Positions 38,154 to 47,312 are shown, numbered from the stretch's first letter. The stretch is DNA of 64,000 nt from an uncultured Myxococcales bacterium (GCA_937868485.1 CALMML010000014.1:1975-65974), one strand, 5' to 3'. Numbers and translations: made by a program. The notes: a model not told the origin generated them from the letters alone.

Positions 38154-40121
38154 TTACGGACGACGGCTGAAGTCGCAGCTTCCGCCCGTGCAGGCTGCGG
38201 GGACGGTGATCTTGGCAGCGCCGGTCTGCCAGATGCTCTGCACAAAGTCCACGATCTGGCTGCGCGCGGCCCGGCCCGCTGGCGTGTCGCGACCTGCGAA
38301 GCCGTGGATGTCGTACGCTCCGGTGTCGCCGACCTTGTACTGGGTGATGGCGCTGCCTCGGCTGACTTCTGTGGCGCGCTGGATCTGGGCGGGAATCGGC
38401 ACAAGCTCTGCGCCGACCTGCTGCGCTGTGGTTACAACGGCCACCATCTCGCTGCCTGCGTTGGGTACCACCGGGTCGCCGATGCTCTCTTGAATCAGGA
38501 ACGCCGCTTCCCGACCTTTGAGCGCCGACGCCCACGCCGCTCCGTCCACTTCATCCCAGATGCCTTGCGTCATCGCCAGCGCGTGCTGCGCGTTCACCAC
38601 CCCGCGATATCCCGAGTCGAGCAGCGGCGACAGCATGTCAAACAGCACCGACTTGGGAATGTAGTGCGTCCACGCCGCGCCGGGCACGTTCAGCACGCCG
38701 TAGCGCAGCGTCGGATCGGCAGACACGGCCACCAGGCCCATGATTCCACCGAGCGATCCGCCCGCCCACAGCATGCCGTCCTTGGTGGGCTTGCGACCTG
38801 CTGCGGGATTGGGCTTGCCTGCGATCATCGAGGCCGACAGCGCATCGCCGATCGCACCCGGCAGCATCGCTTGAATGGCCGCCGCGTTTGCCTGCGCTTG
38901 CATCAGCATCGCCGTCGCGTAGTGCGAGCCTTTCACGATCTTCAGGATGCCGCCCAGTGTCTTTAACACCTCGCTGTCGGTCCAGCCGTCAAACTGAATG
39001 CCGACCTTCGCAGCGCCCGCGCCCGCAATCTCGGTGTCGAACGTCGAGTCGGTGTACGCCCCGCCGGTGCCGTGGCCATACATGATGAAGCGGTAGTTGC
39101 CGCTGCCGGTGGGAATCACGATGCGGAACGGGGCTTCGCGGCTGCCGATGGAAACCGGTCGACCACTTGCATCGAAGCGGAGCGCACTGCCCGGCGTCGG
39201 CTCGATGTACTGCGGCAAGCCTTCGACGTGTCCGAGCACCGTCAGCGCCACCTGCGGGTTTGTCGACGACACCACCTGATCGATCGCAACCTTCACCTGT
39301 CCGGCTGCGACCGCTTGAAGCGCGCCTTGACGCATCGTCGCGAGCACTCTGTGGGCGTCGTCTTCCGACCGCGTCGTAAAGTCCCACACCCGCAGCACGC
39401 GCGCCAAGTCGATGCCCGCTTGTTTCAGCACCTTGCGCGTCGGAGCGTGGTAGGCGAAAAGCTCTGCTTCGGACTGGGTCTGCGGCGGGCGAAGACCGAG
39501 CGCCACTTGAGTCTGCACAGACGCAGCCGGGCGATTTCCTTCAGCAATTGGCAGATCATCGAGCACCACCGCGACGTAATCCGACGCGGGCGCCAGAGGT
39601 CGCAGCGGGTAGGCAAACAGGAACGACTCGGTGACACCGCGCTCGCCTTGGCCTTGTTCGACCGCATAGCGCAGCGGCACGGGCTTGCCGAAGTCCGCCG
39701 CATCGGGCTGTGCCAGCAGCACGCGCAGCGATCCTTCCCCTTGCTTGGCCACCGGCAGCGGCGACACGCTGGCCGCAAACGCGGTCACTATCGGCGTCAC
39801 CAGCGAAAAGCCATCGGCGCGGTTGAGCGCAGCGGCATCATCGCCTCCGACCAGCTCTTGCGACTGCACAGCGACGCGCAGCCCGGTCTTCGTCTGTGTA
39901 TCTTTGACCGTAAACACGTTCGAGGGAAACGGCAGCAGGCAGCGGGTCGGGTCTTGATCGTCACAGCTTGCGCTGCGTGGCGCACGGACGCCAGGGACGC
40001 GGTCGGTCACATCGAACACGGGCACATCGGGGCCCGCACAGCCGGACTGCCCAAGCCAGCCAAAAAGGGACACAAGCGACAGGGACAGAAGGCGCTGCTG
40101 CATCGGTCGGGCTCCTTGCAC
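38154..40121 (-). CDS. large secreted lipoprotein with a C-terminal alpha/beta-hydrolase (Ser-Asp-His) domain
   Basis: Lipobox LGQSGCAG; nucleophile elbow AGGSLGGIMG; later IGDPVVP and YDIHGF supply Asp and His. Confidence 0.5.
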   Translation of the reverse strand: MQGARPMQQRLLSLSLVSLFGWLGQSGCAGPDVPVFDVTDRVPGVRAPRSASCDDQDPTRCLLPFPSNVFTVKDTQTKTGLRVAVQSQELVGGDDAAALNRADGFSLVTPIVTAFAASVSPLPVAKQGEGSLRVLLAQPDAADFGKPVPLRYAVEQGQGERGVTESFLFAYPLRPLAPASDYVAVVLDDLPIAEGNRPAASVQTQVALGLRPPQTQSEAELFAYHAPTRKVLKQAGIDLARVLRVWDFTTRSEDDAHRVLATMRQGALQAVAAGQVKVAIDQVVSSTNPQVALTVLGHVEGLPQYIEPTPGSALRFDASGRPVSIGSREAPFRIVIPTGSGNYRFIMYGHGTGGAYTDSTFDTEIAGAGAAKVGIQFDGWTDSEVLKTLGGILKIVKGSHYATAMLMQAQANAAAIQAMLPGAIGDALSASMIAGKPNPAAGRKPTKDGMLWAGGSLGGIMGLVAVSADPTLRYGVLNVPGAAWTHYIPKSVLFDMLSPLLDSGYRGVVNAQHALAMTQGIWDEVDGAAWASALKGREAAFLIQESIGDPVVPNAGSEMVAVVTTAQQVGAELVPIPAQIQRATEVSRGSAITQYKVGDTGAYDIHGFAGRDTPAGRAARSQIVDFVQSIWQTGAAKITVPAACTGGSCDFSRRP

Positions 40122-40177
40122 AAGTAAAGACGAAGCAGCGTGCGTAGCCCGAGCCGGTTCCAGCCGTCAAGACGTGA

Positions 40178-40867
40178 CTACTTGGCAGCGTCCTCGCAGC
40201 AGAGCGTGCCACCGGGGCTGCTGTCCGATGCGGTGTGGGCCACGCTGCCGAGCGCGCGGGTGCGGTCGCACGACCAGCCGATGCTGGTGCTCGGACAGAA
40301 CATGGCGTGGCGGAGTCCGTGGCAGTCGGGTCCACCCAGGCGAACAATGCCTTCGATCGATCCGCAGCCGAGCACCGCTTGGTTGGGACTCGGGCCGCCG
40401 TCGCAGATGGGCTGAGGAGGTGGAGGGCCGCCAAGCGCGAGGCTGACGCCGGACATGTAAAAGCCGCGCAGGGCGTCGCAGTCGATAAGTCCAAGCAAGC
40501 TGTCGTCGCTGCGCTCCGTTCCGCAGACGTGGGCCGAGGCTCGACTGGCGCACAGGTTGCGGTAGTTGCCGCTCGCGAAGCTGCCCTCGCAGGCCCAGAC
40601 CTGACCGCCGCGAGACATGGCGAGCAAGGTGCCCGCGCCAGAGCATGCGCCGGTTGCGACGGTTGCGCTGCCGGGCGCGGTACACAGGCCGTTTTGGCAG
40701 CTCCAGCCGTCGGGACAGTCCACGCTGGCGTGCGCCGGATCGCAGGAATACGGGCCTTCATACGTCGGGCGATAGCAGTGGCCCAGACAGAGCATCCCGA
40801 GGAGTCCCAGCGCCCCAATCAGGCCGCTGCGAAGGCGTTTGTTCCAGCCAAGATTGCGATGGTTCAT
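40178..40867 (-). CDS. secreted cysteine-rich hypothetical protein (~20 Cys in 229 aa)
   Basis: Signal peptide LIGALGLLGMLCLG; many C-x-x-G-W-S-C/C-x-D-G type motifs. Its start overlaps the upstream gene's stop. Confidence 0.5.
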   Translation of the reverse strand: MNHRNLGWNKRLRSGLIGALGLLGMLCLGHCYRPTYEGPYSCDPAHASVDCPDGWSCQNGLCTAPGSATVATGACSGAGTLLAMSRGGQVWACEGSFASGNYRNLCASRASAHVCGTERSDDSLLGLIDCDALRGFYMSGVSLALGGPPPPQPICDGGPSPNQAVLGCGSIEGIVRLGGPDCHGLRHAMFCPSTSIGWSCDRTRALGSVAHTASDSSPGGTLCCEDAAK

Positions 40868-42036
40868 GGCCAGCGTCCCTCCATCACCAGGCCCTGCTTA
40901 TCGGGTCCGACCGCGGGAGCCAGCGTCAGCGTAGGTGTTGTCGGCTTGCCGCGATGGTTTTTTGCATACATCCAGATGCCGCCGACCAGGATCGCGCTCG
41001 CGCCCACCACGTCGAGCACAATCGTCGCTGTGCCCAGCGCCTTGCCGGTCTGATCGAGCGCTCGATCGAACATCATCTGCGTCGGATGACTGACCTGTTG
41101 CGCGATGACCAAGGCTGCGATGCCCGTGCTGACGCCAGCCAGCAGCACCGCGCCACCGCCCGACAGAAGCCCAATCGCTCCGGCGGGTCGTTGGGGACGC
41201 AGCGGAACCGGCGGCTGAAACGTCTCAAGCGGAGGCAGCGGCGGAGGCAGCGGTGGCGGCTGCGGTGGTGTGGCCAGCGGCTCCGCAGCGGCACCTGCTG
41301 GCGAATCGGTCGGTACGTTGGCCGCGTCGCTCTTAGACGTTGGCGCCGACTTGGAATCCGCAGGCTTTGCATCCGCCGGCTTAGAATCCGCCGGCTTTGC
41401 ATCGGCAGGCTTGGAATCCGCCGGCTTGGCTTCGGCTGGCTCTGGAGCAGGCACACTCGGCGTCGCTTGGGCCTTGGCCGCTGGGACCGATTCAACGACC
41501 GTCGGTGCTTTGCTCGGTTCCGGGACAGGCGAGGGCGGAAGCGGACGCTCGACGGTCGGCGGTACACTCCGCTTGGGCACCGGATCGCTCTTGGTGGTAG
41601 ACACCCGCACAGGTGGCTGCTTGGCGGGCAGCGGCGGATTCTGACTCTGCGCGGCGTTTTCTTCGGTCAGCCTGGTGAGCAGCTCCGGTAGCTCAATCGC
41701 CACGGCTTCGGCCAGGTCAAAGCGCGTCGGAGGATCTCGTAGCTCCAGCACACGGACCAGCTTGGCCGTCGGTCCCATCGACACAACCAGCGTCCAGCGC
41801 AGACCTCGGGTGGCCTGCGGATCCCCTTGCACAATCAGCTGCACATGCTGCTCGGCGGCTTCGGGACTTGGCGCTGCACCGCTAAACACTTGGGTCTGCC
41901 GGGGCAGATAGCGTCGCGCCGCACGGGCGATTTCGTCCCCCAGCGCTGGCTCACTGGCGACGACGTGTAGCGCATCGATTTGTGTCGGTGCGGCAACCTT
42001 CGCAAGTGCGACCAGGGCCCAAGCCAGAGCTGTCAT
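40864..42036 (-). CDS. Pro-rich (KPADS/A)n-repeat membrane protein
   Basis: N-terminal signal-like helix, folded domain, long Pro/Ala linker with KPADSKPADAKPADSKPADAKPADSK, and two C-terminal TM helices. Stop/start overlaps couple it to the anti-sigma gene upstream and the Cys-rich gene downstream. Confidence 0.5.
   Translation of the reverse strand: MTALAWALVALAKVAAPTQIDALHVVASEPALGDEIARAARRYLPRQTQVFSGAAPSPEAAEQHVQLIVQGDPQATRGLRWTLVVSMGPTAKLVRVLELRDPPTRFDLAEAVAIELPELLTRLTEENAAQSQNPPLPAKQPPVRVSTTKSDPVPKRSVPPTVERPLPPSPVPEPSKAPTVVESVPAAKAQATPSVPAPEPAEAKPADSKPADAKPADSKPADAKPADSKSAPTSKSDAANVPTDSPAGAAAEPLATPPQPPPLPPPLPPLETFQPPVPLRPQRPAGAIGLLSGGGAVLLAGVSTGIAALVIAQQVSHPTQMMFDRALDQTGKALGTATIVLDVVGASAILVGGIWMYAKNHRGKPTTPTLTLAPAVGPDKQGLVMEGRWP
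41348..41452. repeat. seven tandem 15-bp units (GGCTTNGNATCCGCC) inside the Pro-rich protein gene
   Basis: gacttggaatccgca / ggctttgcatccgcc / ggcttagaatccgcc / ggctttgcatcggca / ggcttggaatccgcc / ggcttggcttcggct / ggctctggagcaggc. Confidence 0.8.
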
Positions 42037-43223
42037 CAGTGCGGCGTCTCCTCGTGAAGCGCCGATGCTACGTCATGCAGGAAGCGCTTGGCGGATTCTC
42101 GGTGCTGGCCGCTTGGAAACTGCGCAAGATAGCGGCGCCACGCGGCGATTCCGTCGGCTTTGTTGCGATCGGTGCGAAGCTGCGCACTGCGAGCCAAGGC
42201 ATTGTCGGCCCGCAGCGATCCACCGGCTTGCTTCACCACTTGCTCAAAGTAGGCCAGTGCGCTGTCGACTTCGCCGCGCTCTGCCGCACAGCTGCCCTTT
42301 TGGTACAGCGCCGCGCTGATGTTGTGTCCCGCTTCGCCATCGGGAGTCGCCGCCGTTAGATACTCACTGATCGTCGATTCTGCCGTCGCGTCACAGCGTC
42401 CCGCTTCCAGCAGCGAGCCCACATCGTCTGACAGCTTGCGCAGGTACGACGACAGGCTCGGCACCGTCACTCGCTCTCCTGCCCGCAGAAACACAGCGCC
42501 ACGTCGCCCGCCGAGCGGTTGCACCTCGACCACACCTTCTTCCACCACCACTTCCGTCGTGTCGTTCTTGTCACTGCGCACCACTGAGAAGCGGGTGCCA
42601 TGGACAATCACCTCGGCATCGTGCGTGCTTACGGTCAATCGTCCCTGGTTTCCCAGCGGCGGCACTTGCACGGTCACACGACCTTGATGCAGCCGGATCT
42701 GCGGACGACGTGGCTCTTTCTGATCGACGTCAATGCGACCCGACGCCACCGTGAGCAGCGCGCCGCAGCGAATCGTGGTCTTGCTATCGGACGTACGCGC
42801 TTCGATGGCAACGTGGTCCTGGGTCAGCCCCGGACTTTGACGAAGCAGACGACGCAGCGCCAGCGTGGCTCCGCTCTCGGTTCCCGTCGGGGCAGACATC
42901 GCGCGCAGACCCAGCGCCGACACACCGCACAGCAGAAGCACCGCCGCTGCCGTCGCCAGCATTCGCACGCTGCCCAGGTTGCGCCACGCTTCCAGCAGGT
43001 GATAGCGCCAGCGACGACGACGAGCCAGCCCTTGAAGCTGTCCTTCCAGCGCATTCCACGACGGTGGTGGCACTTGCGGCATCGGCTCGTCGGACAGTGC
43101 TTGTAGCGCTTGTCCTAGCACACGATCCTCGTCGGACAGTTCAGAAGACCCGGACTCTCGAAGCATGACACGCAGCGGACGAAGCTCGTCGCTCGTGGTC
43201 TTATCGTGAGATCGATTAGACAT
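42036..43223 (-). CDS. FecR-domain anti-sigma factor (cytoplasmic N-terminus, one TM, periplasmic FecR plus helical C-terminus)
   Basis: TM (MLATAAAVLLLCGVSALGL), FecR-like block (…AEVIVHGTRFSVV…). It overlaps the ECF sigma gene by 8 nt. Confidence 0.7.
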   Translation of the reverse strand: MSNRSHDKTTSDELRPLRVMLRESGSSELSDEDRVLGQALQALSDEPMPQVPPPSWNALEGQLQGLARRRRWRYHLLEAWRNLGSVRMLATAAAVLLLCGVSALGLRAMSAPTGTESGATLALRRLLRQSPGLTQDHVAIEARTSDSKTTIRCGALLTVASGRIDVDQKEPRRPQIRLHQGRVTVQVPPLGNQGRLTVSTHDAEVIVHGTRFSVVRSDKNDTTEVVVEEGVVEVQPLGGRRGAVFLRAGERVTVPSLSSYLRKLSDDVGSLLEAGRCDATAESTISEYLTAATPDGEAGHNISAALYQKGSCAAERGEVDSALAYFEQVVKQAGGSLRADNALARSAQLRTDRNKADGIAAWRRYLAQFPSGQHRESAKRFLHDVASALHEETPH

Positions 43224-43827
43224 GCTCTCTTCCCCGAACCTTGACGGAGGACTCGGTCACTCCCTGCGCGCACCAGCCAGTCAGCTCTTTTTGTAGCTCG
43301 GCCCGGGTTCGCGACAGTCGAGCCAGCACCGTACCGCGTGGCTCACCAGTGATCTCCGCAATCTCTTGAACGCTGAAGCCTTCCACTTCAAACAGCAGCA
43401 GCGCCGTGCGCTTTTCTTCGGGCAGCCCTTTGAGCAGCGCCGCCAGCTTGACCTGAAGCTCTTTGTCCCCGTGCGCTTCTTCGGGATTGCGCGGTCCGTG
43501 ATGCTCTTCCTTTTGCGCGGGCGGCTTGCGCGCGCTTTTCTTCCGCTGCGCGTGCGCTTCGTTGATGGCAATCCGCGTCACCCAGGTCAGCAGCGACGAT
43601 CGTCCATCGAAGCGATCAATCTTTTGAAACACGATCAGAAACGCAGCTTGCAGCGCATCACTCGCGAGCTGAGGGTCCGCAAACAGCCGCAGCAGCAGTC
43701 GATACACCCGAGGAGAAAACCGATCATAGAGCTGCCGATAGCTCGCAGACTCTCCGCGACACAGCCCGGCCACCAGCTCTCGCTCGGCCACTGTTCCCAA
43801 AGGCAAGTAATCGATCGACTTGTTCAT
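43216..43827 (-). CDS. ECF (group IV) RNA polymerase sigma factor
   Basis: Sigma-2 (LQAAFLIVFQKIDRFDGRSSLLTWVTRIAINE) and sigma-4 (LPEEKRTALLLFEVEGFSVQEIAEITGEPRGTVLARLSRTRAEL) regions. ATG at 43827 with an AAGGCGAG RBS. Confidence 0.85.
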   Translation of the reverse strand: MNKSIDYLPLGTVAERELVAGLCRGESASYRQLYDRFSPRVYRLLLRLFADPQLASDALQAAFLIVFQKIDRFDGRSSLLTWVTRIAINEAHAQRKKSARKPPAQKEEHHGPRNPEEAHGDKELQVKLAALLKGLPEEKRTALLLFEVEGFSVQEIAEITGEPRGTVLARLSRTRAELQKELTGWCAQGVTESSVKVRGREHV

Positions 43828-44111
43828 AAGCTCGCCTTGGCCATCATATCTTTGCCTTTGCACGATCCGTGCATCGACTGGCCACCCATTAGAGCGCTCA
43901 TCCTTCCTGGCGATTGCATCGTGCGCTGAAAAAAGAAGCAGAGGCGTTGCTGCGGACGGTGGGCTGCCTGACAAAGACGACATCTGCCGACATCTGCCGC
44001 CATCTTTGCCAAGCAGACCACACGACTTGCGATGGAAGGGTTGAACGAAGCAGGATGAAGCAGAAACGCGGTCCCCAAGCGAGCCCGCCGTGGTGTGAGT
44101 CCTCTCCTCAA

Positions 44112-44205
44112 CCCCCAACCGACTCCCAACCGGACTCCCAACCGACTCCCAACCGGACTCCTATGGGGACTCCCAAGCGATTCCTACGCGGACTCCTAAC
44201 GTCCT
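44112..44205. repeat. eight tandem 11-12-bp units, CCCAACCG(G)ACT (minus strand AGTC(C)GGTTGGG), upstream of the ECF sigma gene
   Basis: cccaaccgact cccaaccggact cccaaccgact cccaaccggact cctatggggact cccaagcgatt cctacgcggact cctaacgtcct. The first four units are near-perfect. The minus strand carries regularly spaced GGG tracts. Confidence 0.8.
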
Positions 44206-44915
44206 CGGGGCTTGCCTTCGCGACGCTGGGCCAGCAGCTTGTCCAGCTCTGCCACCTGTTCCGCAGTCAGTACGGCTTTCACTTGCGCCATCGTATCCTG
44301 CTTGATCTGTTCAATCTGCGCGCGGGCTGCGTCTGCGGACAGACTGCCAGCTTCCACCTGCGCATGAATGTCCGAGATCTTGCTCTGCGTCGCCGCTTGA
44401 ATCGCGCTCACTTGACTGACCTGCTCGTCGGACAGTCCGAGCGCATCCTTGAGCTTGGTCAGATCAAACGGACCGTGATGATGCGCGCGCATGTTGGCAA
44501 ACTTCGCCTGCTGTTCCGCAGTCAACAGCACCATGATCTGTGCCTTCTGCGCGTCACGCAGCGCCTTGATCTTCTGGCAGCCTTCTTCCTTGCTCAGGGT
44601 TCCGGCCTTCACTTGTGCGCGAATCTCTTCGGCAGACACGCGCGTCGCATCCAGAATCGGCTGAATCTGCGCAATCTGTTCCGCGCTCAGTCCCAGCAGA
44701 GACACCAGCTCATCCAGCTCCGAGCGCTGTGACGGCCCTGCATGATCCCGCGCACCCGGTCCTTCTCCGTCGGGAAGCGCGAGCTGTTCACCGCCCAGAC
44801 TCCCGCCGGTAATCGCCATCACGTCTTCCCCCACCGAGCTGCTCGCGTCGCCGCAGCCGATTCCCAGTCCGAACACCAACGCGCCAAGGAAGCCAAGCTT
44901 AAGAGTCGTTTTCAT
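44196..44915 (-). CDS. periplasmic LTXXQ-motif (Spy/CpxP/ZraP-like) protein
   Basis: Signal peptide MKTTLKLGFLGALVFGLGIGCG; repeated LTAEQ/LSAEQ/LSDEQ motifs (VLLTAEQQAKF, AVLTAEQVAELD). Confidence 0.55.
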   Translation of the reverse strand: MKTTLKLGFLGALVFGLGIGCGDASSSVGEDVMAITGGSLGGEQLALPDGEGPGARDHAGPSQRSELDELVSLLGLSAEQIAQIQPILDATRVSAEEIRAQVKAGTLSKEEGCQKIKALRDAQKAQIMVLLTAEQQAKFANMRAHHHGPFDLTKLKDALGLSDEQVSQVSAIQAATQSKISDIHAQVEAGSLSADAARAQIEQIKQDTMAQVKAVLTAEQVAELDKLLAQRREGKPRGR

Positions 44916-44930
44916 GATCCGTCTCCCCAA

Positions 44931-45126
44931 GGTAAGGTGAGCCAGCCAGCGCAGCGACGACAGCGTCGTCCTCTGCAGTTCGTTGCCATCGTGCCCATTC
45001 AGTCTGCTTGATGGCTGCTTGATAGAGATCGGAGCGCACCGTTTGATTGCATGCGCACGCAGAAAAAAAAAATCAGAAAAAAGGAACGACTTCCCCCTAG
45101 GCCCGCTCTACATGTAATCTCCTAAC
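44931..45126. promoter_or_regulatory. divergent intergenic region with CTGCTTGAT direct repeats and an A10/A6 tract
   Basis: ctgcttgatggctgcttgatag (45004-45023), tttgattgcatgcgcacgc, then agaaaaaaaaaatcagaaaaaagg (45061-45084). This is a sharp AT excursion just 5' of the recombinase ATG at 45127. Confidence 0.4.
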
Positions 45127-46173
45127 ATGACCATTGTTTTCGGTTACTGCCGCGTCTCTACCGACATGCAAGCACAGCATGGTCTGTCGCTGGATGCGCA
45201 GCAGGAAGAGATCCGTCGCTACGCCAAGGATCGCGGCTGGACCATCGAGGAAATCTTTGTCGATGGCGGCTTCTCTGCAAAGAACACCGACCGACCCGCG
45301 TTCAAGCAGATGGCCAAGCGCATCAAGGAAGCCAACGGCAAGGTCTCGGCGGTCGTGGTGACGAAGCTCGATCGACTGACCCGCAGCTTGCGAGATCTGC
45401 TGACGATCAATGAAGACTTGCTCGAGCCGTGTGGCTGCAACTTTGTGGCGATTCGCGACGGAATCAACACCTTTGAGCCCGTGTCCAAGATGCTCTTGCC
45501 ATTCCTTGCGATCATCGGACAGATCGAGCGGCAGAACACCTCCGAGCGCGTCAAGTCCACCGTGCGGCACATTCAGCAGCAAGGTGGACACTATGGAAAG
45601 GTTCCGTTTGGCTACAAGACCGAGCTAGACGGTCGGCTCCGTCGTCTGATTCCCGATCCGCAGACGTTCCCGTGGCTTCAGCAGATCAATGACTGGTATC
45701 GCAGCGGCGTCGGCATGGCAGAGATCGCGGTGCGGCTCAATCAGCACGGTGTGAAGCCTCGCTACGGCAAGCAAGGCTGGACAGACTGCAAGATCTACGA
45801 GCTGTTGCGGACGCAAGGTGTGCATCGGACGCGATCCATCGACAGCCCGAACGTCCACGACAAACAGAAAGCGTACAAGATTGCCTACGAGCTACGCAGC
45901 GACGACCGAACCTACGAGTTTATCGCCAAAGAGCTAAACCGCGCCGGGCTCCGTCCGCTCAAAGCCAGTGAGTACAAACCCAGCTCGGTCATGGAGCTTC
46001 TTCGCTCTGCCGTCTATCACGATCGCGCCACGCCACGCGGACTTGCGCTGTATCTGAAAGAGCAGGGACTTAGCCTGCGCGAGATCGGCCTGCGACTGGC
46101 GCAAGCCGGACACTTTCCCAAGCGCGGCGGACAGTGGTATCCGCAGACGGTCAAGCAGCTGATGGTGAGCTAG
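45127..46173 (+). CDS. serine recombinase (resolvase/invertase catalytic domain plus large-serine-recombinase 'recombinase' domain; short, lacks the zinc-ribbon/coiled-coil C-terminus)
   Basis: Catalytic-Ser motif FGYCRVSTDMQ; resolvase core (…VVVTKLDRLTRSLRDL…); recombinase-domain block GGHYGKVPFGYKTE…GMAEIAVRLNQHGVKP. 348 aa. Confidence 0.85.
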   Translation: MTIVFGYCRVSTDMQAQHGLSLDAQQEEIRRYAKDRGWTIEEIFVDGGFSAKNTDRPAFKQMAKRIKEANGKVSAVVVTKLDRLTRSLRDLLTINEDLLEPCGCNFVAIRDGINTFEPVSKMLLPFLAIIGQIERQNTSERVKSTVRHIQQQGGHYGKVPFGYKTELDGRLRRLIPDPQTFPWLQQINDWYRSGVGMAEIAVRLNQHGVKPRYGKQGWTDCKIYELLRTQGVHRTRSIDSPNVHDKQKAYKIAYELRSDDRTYEFIAKELNRAGLRPLKASEYKPSSVMELLRSAVYHDRATPRGLALYLKEQGLSLREIGLRLAQAGHFPKRGGQWYPQTVKQLMVS

Positions 46174-47312
46174 CGCGCTCTCTCTGCTTCACCGAGCAAC
46201 GCACGACGAATGCGGCGGACTCCTTCTTCGATGCGCGCGGGCTCTGCCACAAACGTCACACGCAGAAATCCTTCCATCCCAAAGACGCTGCTCGGAATCG
46301 TCACCACGTTTTCCGTTTCCATGATGTGCAGCGCTGCGTCCATCGATCGCTGCGTCCACGGCTCGGGCAGGCGAATCAAGCAGTAGAACGAACCGTCCGG
46401 CTCCACAAACGACAGTCCCTGCTTTCGCAGTGATGCAGCCAGCGCGTCCCGCTGCGCGAGGTAGTGCGGACGATGCTTCGTCAGGATCTCTGGGTGCGCG
46501 AAGATCTCCAGCGCTGTGCGCTGCGCCAGCGTGTCCACACACGACACCACAAACTGATGTGCTTTCCACATCACCTTCATCGCCGCCTTAGGCGCCAAGA
46601 GCCAGCCGAGCCGCAGTCCCGTCAGCGCACAGCTCTTCGACAGAGACGATGCCACCAGCGTGTGCGGATAAAACTGCGCCGGAGACGCAGGCCGCTCCTC
46701 GCCAAAGTACAGCTCTGCATAGACTTCATCCGACAGCAGATACGGCGGACTTGGCAGCGCCAGCAGACCTTCACACAGCGCGCGAAGCTCAGACGCAGGC
46801 CACACCCGTCCGGTCGGATTACACGGCGACGCCAGCGCAATCAGCCGCGTCTTGTCGGTCACGGCCCGCAGCACCGCTTGCGCATCCGGGGCAAAGCCCG
46901 TCGTCGGATCGAGCGCCACTTCCCGAACCCGAACCCCTTCCAAGTGACACAGCTTCTGATACGCAGGAAACGTCGGCGTGATCACCAGCGCTTCATCTTG
47001 GCTTGGATCGAGCAGTGACTTGATCGGTAGATACAGCGCCTGCTGCGATCCCACCGTGATGCACACCGAGTCCGCCGACTCGAGCCCCGGATAGCCATAG
47101 TGCTGGGCAATCGCCGTCCGCAGCTCCGCAAACCCCGCGTTGGGAGAATACGGACAGCCATGCTGCTCGACCCACGACAGCGCCGCACGCAGCGGATCCA
47201 TCTGCGGATGCAGCAGCGGCTGGCCCAGGCCCAGGTCAATCGCATCGGGCCGCTTTCGATCGTTGAGCGCGCGAATCGCAGACGGAGGAATCGTTTCAAC
47301 CAGTCGGTTCAT
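46170..47312 (-). CDS. class I/II PLP-dependent aminotransferase (possibly N-succinyl-diaminopimelate aminotransferase, given dapE/dapD upstream)
   Basis: PLP-Lys block SLSKSCALTGLRLGW; fold-type I aminotransferase length. Its 3' end overlaps the convergent recombinase by 4 nt. Confidence 0.65.
   Translation of the reverse strand: MNRLVETIPPSAIRALNDRKRPDAIDLGLGQPLLHPQMDPLRAALSWVEQHGCPYSPNAGFAELRTAIAQHYGYPGLESADSVCITVGSQQALYLPIKSLLDPSQDEALVITPTFPAYQKLCHLEGVRVREVALDPTTGFAPDAQAVLRAVTDKTRLIALASPCNPTGRVWPASELRALCEGLLALPSPPYLLSDEVYAELYFGEERPASPAQFYPHTLVASSLSKSCALTGLRLGWLLAPKAAMKVMWKAHQFVVSCVDTLAQRTALEIFAHPEILTKHRPHYLAQRDALAASLRKQGLSFVEPDGSFYCLIRLPEPWTQRSMDAALHIMETENVVTIPSSVFGMEGFLRVTFVAEPARIEEGVRRIRRALLGEAERAR

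Noticed and set aside
45061-46173. Recombinase region as an integrated prophage or genomic island
   Set aside because: No phage structural, terminase or IS transposase genes occur anywhere in the window, and both flanks are housekeeping. Only a solitary recombinase. Kept as a finding, but not called a mobile element.
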